DNA of 40,504 nucleotides, taken from Perkinsus chesapeaki ATCC PRA-425 (Eukaryota; Protista; Perkinsozoa). Positions 33,140-40,504 of this stretch are shown here, piece by piece. The stretch covers positions 1 to 40,504 of the forward strand of contig JAAPAO010000312.1 in the NCBI GenBank assembly GCA_013115145.1, read 5' to 3'. Each line of letters begins with the position of its first letter. Position 1 is the first letter of the stretch. Below the pieces are notes generated by a model. That model was not told the DNA's origin, searched no databases, and worked only from the letters and a program-made list of their open reading frames with translations. A program made the position numbers and the translations under genes.

Positions 33140-33788
33140 TTATACGAACAAGCTGGCAAATTCCGTGAAGTTAATTTTACCATCTCTATCACGGTCAAGT
33201 TCTTCAACTAATCTCTGATTCACAATAATATATTATAATAATAAAACAACAACTTACATCAATTTTAATAGTCATACCAAACTCTTCTTTAACTACTTTA
33301 ATTAACTTATCTTTATCAATAAAACCACTTCTATCTCTATTACCACCCAATGCCACAAATGCATCAACTGGATTATAATAATAATATAATATTAATAATA
33401 ATATACGTACGGGTATCAGCTTCATCTTCAATCTCATTTTGACCACCACGTTGCTTTTCAAATGCTCTTAAGAATTCAGCAAACTCTAAGATATCCAATC
33501 AATATATTATAAAGCCTATCTTACCTATTTCACCAGTACCATCTTCATCAACATCAGCCATAAACCTAATAATAATACATATAATGTATTATATAAATAA
33601 TCTACCGGAATAATTCCTCTTCGGTTGGATTCTCCCCAATAGCTTCTAATAATAATTTCATTTCTTGTGTATCAATAGTACCAGAGCCATCAGCATCAAA
33701 TGTATTGAATGCCTCCCGACATTTCTAAGATATGTATTATTAATATAACAATTAACCTTACTTGTATAAAACCTTCGTCAAGAACCAT
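33140..33788 (-). CDS. DLE1: Flagellar outer-arm dynein light chain LC4 (calmodulin-like, 4 EF-hand), 6 exons
   Basis: MVLDEGFIQ/KCREAFNTFDADGSGTIDTQE...NPTEEELF/RFMADVDEDGTGEI/EFAEF...DEADT/LDAFVALGGNRDRSG...IKID/RLVEELDRDRDGKINFTEFASLFV*. The DTLDAFVALGGN motif is characteristic of LC4 rather than calmodulin or centrin. Confidence 0.88.
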
Positions 33789-34140
33789 TGTCACCACCGG
33801 CGATCTTGCGCTGCTACAATTTGGCTAATATATTTCAATTCGAAAGTATAAAGCGCTCGCCCTGTAATCGATCACGCTATCACAACACGCTACGTGTTAA
33901 TATTAAGAACTGCGTGTATGTTATGATGATTGTAGTTGTTGTTGTCCGCCCTATATTGTATCAGTCATTATTGTTTATTATATAATATATGATTGGAATA
34001 TAGGGTATATTAATAATAGATTGGATAGCTGGAGGCCTTTAACTTATATAATAGATTAGGCTTTCTTTACCGCCCAAACTACATATAACGACGAATACAA
34101 GCAATACTTAACAGTAGTTTTCCTCATACTCCTTTTTATA

Positions 34141-35612
34141 ATGATTAATTATATATGTTATGTTTTATTACCATTATTAATATTAGGTTGGGATAAAACA
34201 TTACACGATAGAATTGGTGATGCTGTTACTAGTGTATTAGCTAATAGAGATATGTAATAGTATTATAATAATAAACAAAATATTATATTAGGGAAGATTT
34301 AAATGAATTCTTACAAGGCAAATCATTATCATGGATGTCGAGATATGCACATGATAATCTACAATACACTAAGTTCGATAGAACAGTGGAAAATCACTAC
34401 GAGACACAATCACGGTAATAATCGACATCAAATAGTATCTTCGCACATTAAGCTAAGATTCTCAGGAATTGGCAATGCACTTTCGACATAGATAATCCTT
34501 CACGTACAGCTAATAAAGGTGGTTTATATGAAACAGTAATAATAATATAAATAATAATAGTTGATAATAATTAGAATAGGTTGATGATATATTTGGTAGA
34601 ATATGTCATCAAAATACGTATGATAAAGGTATTGGTAAAGATAAAACAGAACAAGTACAATTAAGTTGGTTAATGGGTATCAATAATATCATCATCCTCC
34701 TCCTCATCATTATTATTATTATTAGGATTGATACAGGATATGCATCAACCATTACATTTAGGATTTGGATCAGATGATCATGGTAGAAGGATTAATATTG
34801 AATATCATGGTAATCATTATAATTTATATGATTTTTGGGAAAAGGAAGTAAATATATATCATTATTATAAGTATTATTAATATTTATTAAGGTATCACCA
34901 TCAGTTAACCTTGATAGTGGTTCTATAAGACAAACTTATATTAATGAATTAAATAGAATGAAACATGATGGTACATCACGTAATATGAAATTAGTTAAAG
35001 AATTATATGAAAGAGGTATTATATAATAATATGTTAATAATAATAGTAGCAGCAGCAGGTTTAGCAATGTGGATTGATGAGAATATGAGAATAGCATGTT
35101 ATGAGATATATGCAACAATAGCTGGTGGTGGTGGTAGAGAAGTTCCTAGAAAGTAATAATAATAATATTAATTATTATTATTATTGTTATTAGTTTTGTT
35201 ATTAATGATAATATTTATAATGAATGGCGTCGAATAGCCGCTGAACAAGCTATTAAGTCAGCTGCTAGAACTGCAGTTATATTACATGCTGTTGCAATAC
35301 ATGTAATAAGCATTATTAATTGGGTTGTTGTTAATGATGATGATTATATTAATGCTGTTAATAGGTGAGAACATATCATCCAGAACAGACTGGTTTATAT
35401 AAAAGATCATCAGTAAAACATCGTATTAGAGATAATTGGCATATAGCTTTATTAAAGAATATTGGTATAGCAGCTATTGTGGTACCTATATTAATGTTAT
35501 TATTAAATACTAATACAAAAATGTAAGTTATAATAATATATACTATTAATATTATAATAGGTCTATGAAGGATATATTAAAAAGGGGTTCAAGAGGAGGA
35601 AGAATGGATTAA
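34141..35612 (+). CDS. S1/P1 nuclease-like protein with signal peptide and C-terminal transmembrane segment; degenerate Zn ligands
   Basis: MINYICYVLLPLLILG-WDKTLH places W1 and H6. Also present: ENHY, LIQDMHQPLHLGF, NLYDFWE, WIDENMRIACYEIY, EQAIKSAARTAVIL and a TM segment IGIAAIVVPILMLLL, ending ...GRMD* (TAA 35610-35612). Confidence 0.88.
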
Positions 35613-35750
35613 TGTGTTTATCATCATCATCATGTGAACTATAGTTTTCTTATTAATTAACTTGTGTTTAGTATTAATGCCTTCTGGCCTCCTTTTATAC
35701 TCAACTCATAATATTATAAAATAGAAACTATTAATTTGTTGTTAAATGTA

Positions 35751-38700
35751 TTATAATAATAGATCTGGAGGTGGTGATGATGATAGTACAGGTAATGATG
35801 GAGGTTCAATGGAGTCTACTTCTCTCTTTTCATTATTGTTATCTTGTATTGTATTAATAAGGCTACCAGTCTCTAGGGTAAATGTAGCACTGATAGGTTT
35901 ATGATCACTTGTTAGATATCTAAATTGGATATACATATAATAATAAGCCAATTATTAATAATTACCTATGATGTGAATGATATGATCTTAACCATAAACT
36001 GCCAGGTTTAGTAAAATTAAAGAATATTCTATCACACCAGCTAGGGGTACGATTATTAGCATATTGATGTGTGCCGGGTTCGAACCTGTGCAGATATTAT
36101 TATAACAACATTTATGGGTTATACATACTTATATGTTGGTAAGAAGTCAGAAAATGGTCCTTCTTTACAATGTACTAATATAGGATCTAAACATTCACCT
36201 TGTTTATATTGATCATATTGTGATAAACGTTCTAAAATATGAATAAGTTAGTACTACAATAATAATATAATGATGATGCTATTATTGTTATTACTACCAA
36301 GATCTCCTTTTTCTATTAATCTTATAGCAGTTGTTCTATCACAATTTAAACGAAAATTAAAATCACCAAATAATATAATAACTCTCCTTTGTGAATGTGT
36401 ATTAGTATAGTATTGTCGTAATTGTTGTTTATATTCTGCCATGATGAGATATAATTGCTCATTACGTATTTCCATCATCCTAGTAATAATAATAATAATT
36501 AATATAACAAAAGATTTATTATTACCTTTCTCCAGCTTCTAATTGTAAACTAGTTAATGTTAATAATGTTTTATTTATCATCATACTTAATATTATACCA
36601 CCTTTATTACCATGACTACCTCCCAAACCACCTTTAACCTTTTTACAATGTATATTAGATATATTATTTATTAATGATTCTTTAACAAATATAGATATAT
36701 AAATACCAACCATAGCAGTACAATAAACCTAGTATAACAATAAAACAACAACATTCAACACTTTATCAATATTAATATACCATATATCATTAACATCTTC
36801 CTTAATATTACTTCTATATATTTCTCACATTTATTATCGCGTTGTTGTTTCTCCTGTCCTATCCCCATCATCATTTGCCCTTTTGTTAATAATCTATTAA
36901 ACTCAGTAGCAAACTCCGCTTTCCTTACACTATGTTCTGTATCACCATCAAACTTCTTTTTAACCTTATTATTATTAATATACCTTATTATTATATTCAT
37001 ATTATTATTACTCTTGTAAAACCTCTCTTTATTAATGCTTTAGCGTTTAAGTCTACAAACTCCTGCATACCAACAACATATATCTAATATATGTTGTTAA
37101 TTATTATTATGTTATTAATATTATTACATCATTAATTTCAAAGAATTCATCATCTCTTAATCTCATCCATTCACTTAAATCCTCTACATTCCAAACCCTA
37201 GTTGCATTAACATTCCATGACCCTACCCATACATTAACGGGTCTAGTATCTATTAATATATACTAATAATAGTATTATTATAATCATTATTACCAACATT
37301 CCCCATACTAGATGCTCTAATAACACTTTGTCTTATATGTTTAGTACTATCCCCTAATACTATTCTATTATCTATCATTCTTGCCGCCGCCGACGCCGCC
37401 GGTGTTGTGACAATCGGCGTCGTCGATGATGATGATGATGTGGTAGTAGTAGGAGTGGGTATAGACTTTGCTAATTTTAATGTTGCATCTATTGCTGTTT
37501 GTCTATCTCTATCAGTACCAAAGTTATTTATACGATATCTAATAATACCATATTTCCTCCAACTTTTCCCTTATTATCACCTATTAGCACTTTTAACTTT
37601 TTGTTGTACTTTATTTTGCCATGTACATTTACCTTGTGTTACTAATGTTGTTAATACAGATCCTGTACCAGTATAATGCATCTATAATATATCCAATACA
37701 CTACTATCCTCTAATACTACTAGTATTATTATTATTACTGATATTTGATCACCATGTTGTGCCCATAATGTAGTTATAACCTTTTTAACATCCACTGATA
37801 CTGGTTGCCTTATTGATGTTAATATCTTTGGTACAATATAAAGTGATATTGCTAATTGACCTACTATTAATAATAATAATAATCTTATACATGATATAAT
37901 ATTATTAGTGATATTGTTATTATTACCAGCATTAGTTCTATCTAAACAATCTAGACAATTAGTACGTACAACACCTGTCTGCAGTCTACTAGCTTTACTA
38001 CCAATGCCATTAATCCCTATTTGCCACCAACCATATCTAATAATAATAATGATATTATTATTATGAATAATAATAGACTATTATTACTCATCAATCCATT
38101 TCTTAGATGAATCTATTATTATATTAAATACCGAATCAACATCTAATATTATTATTATCAACATCATTATATGCCATCATTATTATTACCATTAGTTTTA
38201 ACCATTTTAGCAAAATCATGATCAATAATATGTATTTTAGATGAATTTAATGATGTTGATGATGCCATTATATCCTTCATTACTTTACTTAATTTACCCT
38301 CATTACCACCTATATAAATACTATTATAAATACTATCTAATATTACCTTTATTAGATGATAATAAATTTAAGAATAAGCAACCATCAGGACCATATCTTT
38401 TCATTAAATCAGATATATGTTTTTCATAAGCAATAACAGTCATATCTTTACTCCGTGTTATATCTAATTGTTGTGTACCTATATCATAACCCATATCCTA
38501 TATATACCCTTCTTCCACTATTACTTGGGTTCTGTTGCCAAAATGCTGGTACTGAACCACGTATTTGAGTATGAGATGCTAATACTGCATCCTTACTACA
38601 TAATAGTAATTCAGATTCTACAAAATTAGCTACATTACCAGAATCATCTAAACCACGATGATTATATCTAATATACCACAGTTATTGATTATATATGGTT

Positions 38701-39966
38701 ATATCATAATCATCATCCCCTTTAATTACCTTGTACCAGCCCTTTGACAACTTCTACGCCCAATTAATATAGCATCTAAATAGTCAGATAATGGTGTTGG
38801 TGAACTTACATAACCCTAAAAAGTTATTAGGTATAATACTATTATATAATACTATTTAAATAGTATTACCTGCATTAATACTGTACACCATCTATCTAAA
38901 TCTATATTATTATTAGGTATTAATGCATCTTTTCCTAACATATTCTGTGTCATACGCCTGTTCCAACAAAATAATGTATCACCATTTAACCATACATTAT
39001 CTAATAATAATACTGTTATATATTATTAAGATATTATTATTACCATTATTATTATATTCATCATTATGCCATTGTTGACCATGTGTTATATCATATGATC
39101 TACAATAATAATAACCACCATTACTAAACAATCTAAATAAGCATTAATAATATATACTGATCGGATGAGGAGAAGGATGGGGAAGGGTTTACTTTTCAAC
39201 ACGTTCAGTTAAAGCAAATATAGCATTTACATCAGATGATGATGTTGATGTAACATCTTCTTTTATTGCAGAGTCAGATAACTAATATTATAGTATCGTA
39301 ACTATTATTGTTGTTGTTATTATCACCTTGGGATTATACGGTATACAAGATACTTTAGTAACCTCCATAATAACATGGCCACCCGGTAGTTTACATATAG
39401 GTATTGCATCAGTCACTAATACTAGAAATGGGGTTTGTTGTGATCCACTACCAATTACTATTGTTCCTAAACATATATTATAATATTATTAATATTATTA
39501 TTGATATTATTACCTAGTATAGCACATACAGTTATTTCCTGTATAATAGTACCACAACTATCAACTGATGGTAATTGTGTAACCATCATCTCTTTACCAT
39601 CTGCTATTCTATCTCTATATAACAATAATGCTATATCAAGATTACCACCATGTCGTATAACCTACTATTAGTCATATTAATTTTTATATCTGTATATTAT
39701 TACTATTGTATTCTCACAAAATGTAACTCTATAATTGAGGTTAGCTTCATATCTTCTTTTAGTTAATGATGGCGGAGGTGGTGATAATGATGATGATCTA
39801 TTATACTATTATTATGTATTGTAATATTATATTATTACCTAGATGATGATGACGTTGTTGTTGTGTGTTGATGTGTTGTTGTTGTGGATGTAGATGGGTC
39901 GGTACTTTGAGTTTGACCCCTTTGATATACCCATTCATCGTTGTCATCCTCTTCAGGTGTTAACAT
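35751..39966 (-). CDS. Synaptojanin/Inp52-like phosphoinositide phosphatase (Sac1 domain + 5-phosphatase domain), many exons
   Basis: Sac1 part: QTGVVRTNCLDCLDRTN (37934-37975) and LWAQHGDQIS/MHYTGTG. 5-phosphatase part: VGSWNVN, D/IYVVGMQEFVDLNA, HGNKGG, FGDFNFRL, LPTYK/FEPG, TPSWCDRI and SDHKPI. Start MLTPEEDD (ATG 39966) is tentative. Confidence 0.93.
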
Positions 39967-40041
39967 TATTATAAAACAGTAACTATTCACACAAGTCTCA
40001 AATTGTACATCTCCCTCCGAGTTGCGTTAATAGCCTAAGTT

Positions 40042-40111
40042 TACGGTACTGAGGATCGAACCCGAGTCGTCTGGTGGGTAAGTAGGCGCTCTACCGCTAC
40101 ACCATACACGC
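40042..40111 (-). other. Degenerate tRNA or tRNA-derived SINE-like element
   Basis: GCGTGTA TGGTGTAGCGG TAGAGC...GACTCG GGTTCGATCC TCAGTACCGTA has an A box at tRNA position 8 and a B-box/T-loop motif. The anticodon stem is unpaired, the acceptor stem is imperfect and there is no T-run terminator. Confidence 0.5.
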
Positions 40112-40504
40112 AGCCAGATAATTATCCACCGTGAGGTAATCACGTGAAGGCTATACAGTACGACGAGATCTAGAATTGACTCTTCGATGAACGAAGTCGA
40201 TTTCTCCAAGTTAGCGAAACTGAAAAGTAGTTGAAGAGTGAGTTGAAGGAGCTACATTCCGCAAACACGATCGAGATCTGTCGAGTTCGGATTCGGACCT
40301 TCAACGCCAGCCGCCGCGAAATTGATGTTTTAAAGGATAAACTAGATATTGATGAGGTGTTGTAGTTTACCGTTATACTTGCTACAGTATTAATGCTGTC
40401 AACACAATTGTGATGTCTCTTCTACAGCTATACCTAGCGCAGTGCAGTCCGAGGCCCTCCGGGGTGCTAGAACCCACGCCCTCGTGGTCGTTAGTTTGGT
40501 AATC

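Noticed and set aside
36060-36095. tRNA T-arm-like GGTTCGAACCC
   Set aside because: It encodes FEPG within the synaptojanin PTYK/FEPG exon and has no A box or cloverleaf.
40130-40365. Coding fragment (plus-strand MNEVDFSKLAK...LKSELKELHS..., or the minus-strand ORF 40027-40209)
   Set aside because: The plus reading needs a frameshift and the minus reading lacks a consistent upstream exon and runs through the tRNA-like element; it is unresolved at the window edge.
1-40504. Intact retrotransposon, DNA transposon or rRNA
   Set aside because: I saw no RT, integrase or transposase motifs, no LTRs or TIRs, and no rRNA signatures.

Overview
Eukaryotic, intron-rich genomic DNA, most likely a Perkinsus-like (perkinsozoan/myzozoan) alveolate. 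This is an inference from the many ~30-65 nt GT-AG introns, a dinoflagellate/Perkinsus-type RRM protein, a flagellar dynein light chain and a spliced-leader-like 22-mer. The ORF track is largely uninformative because most genes are split, so I rebuilt exons by hand and boundaries are approximate. Recognisable genes are: an RRM protein, a DEAH-box RNA helicase (possibly fused to a long low-complexity C-terminus), methylmalonate-semialdehyde dehydrogenase, an inositol polyphosphate 5-phosphatase, an SLC37/OPA-type sugar-phosphate transporter, a small secreted protein, a C5orf34-like protein, a 2OG-Fe(II) oxygenase, outer-arm dynein LC4, an S1/P1 nuclease-like membrane protein and a synaptojanin-like Sac1+5-phosphatase. 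Several hypothetical genes lie between them. The most interesting signals are: (1) a decayed spliced-leader copy 2 nt before an ATG that opens a frameshifted pseudogene, suggesting a reverse-transcribed, re-integrated trans-spliced mRNA; (2) three enzymes with substituted active-site ligands in an AT-rich block (2OG oxygenase HxH instead of HxD; S1/P1 with several Zn ligands changed; synaptojanin 5-phosphatase His to Gln); (3) tRNA-like A/B-box elements at gene 5' ends; (4) an in-frame TAG or GC-AG intron in the helicase. No CRISPR array, rRNA or intact transposon was found.
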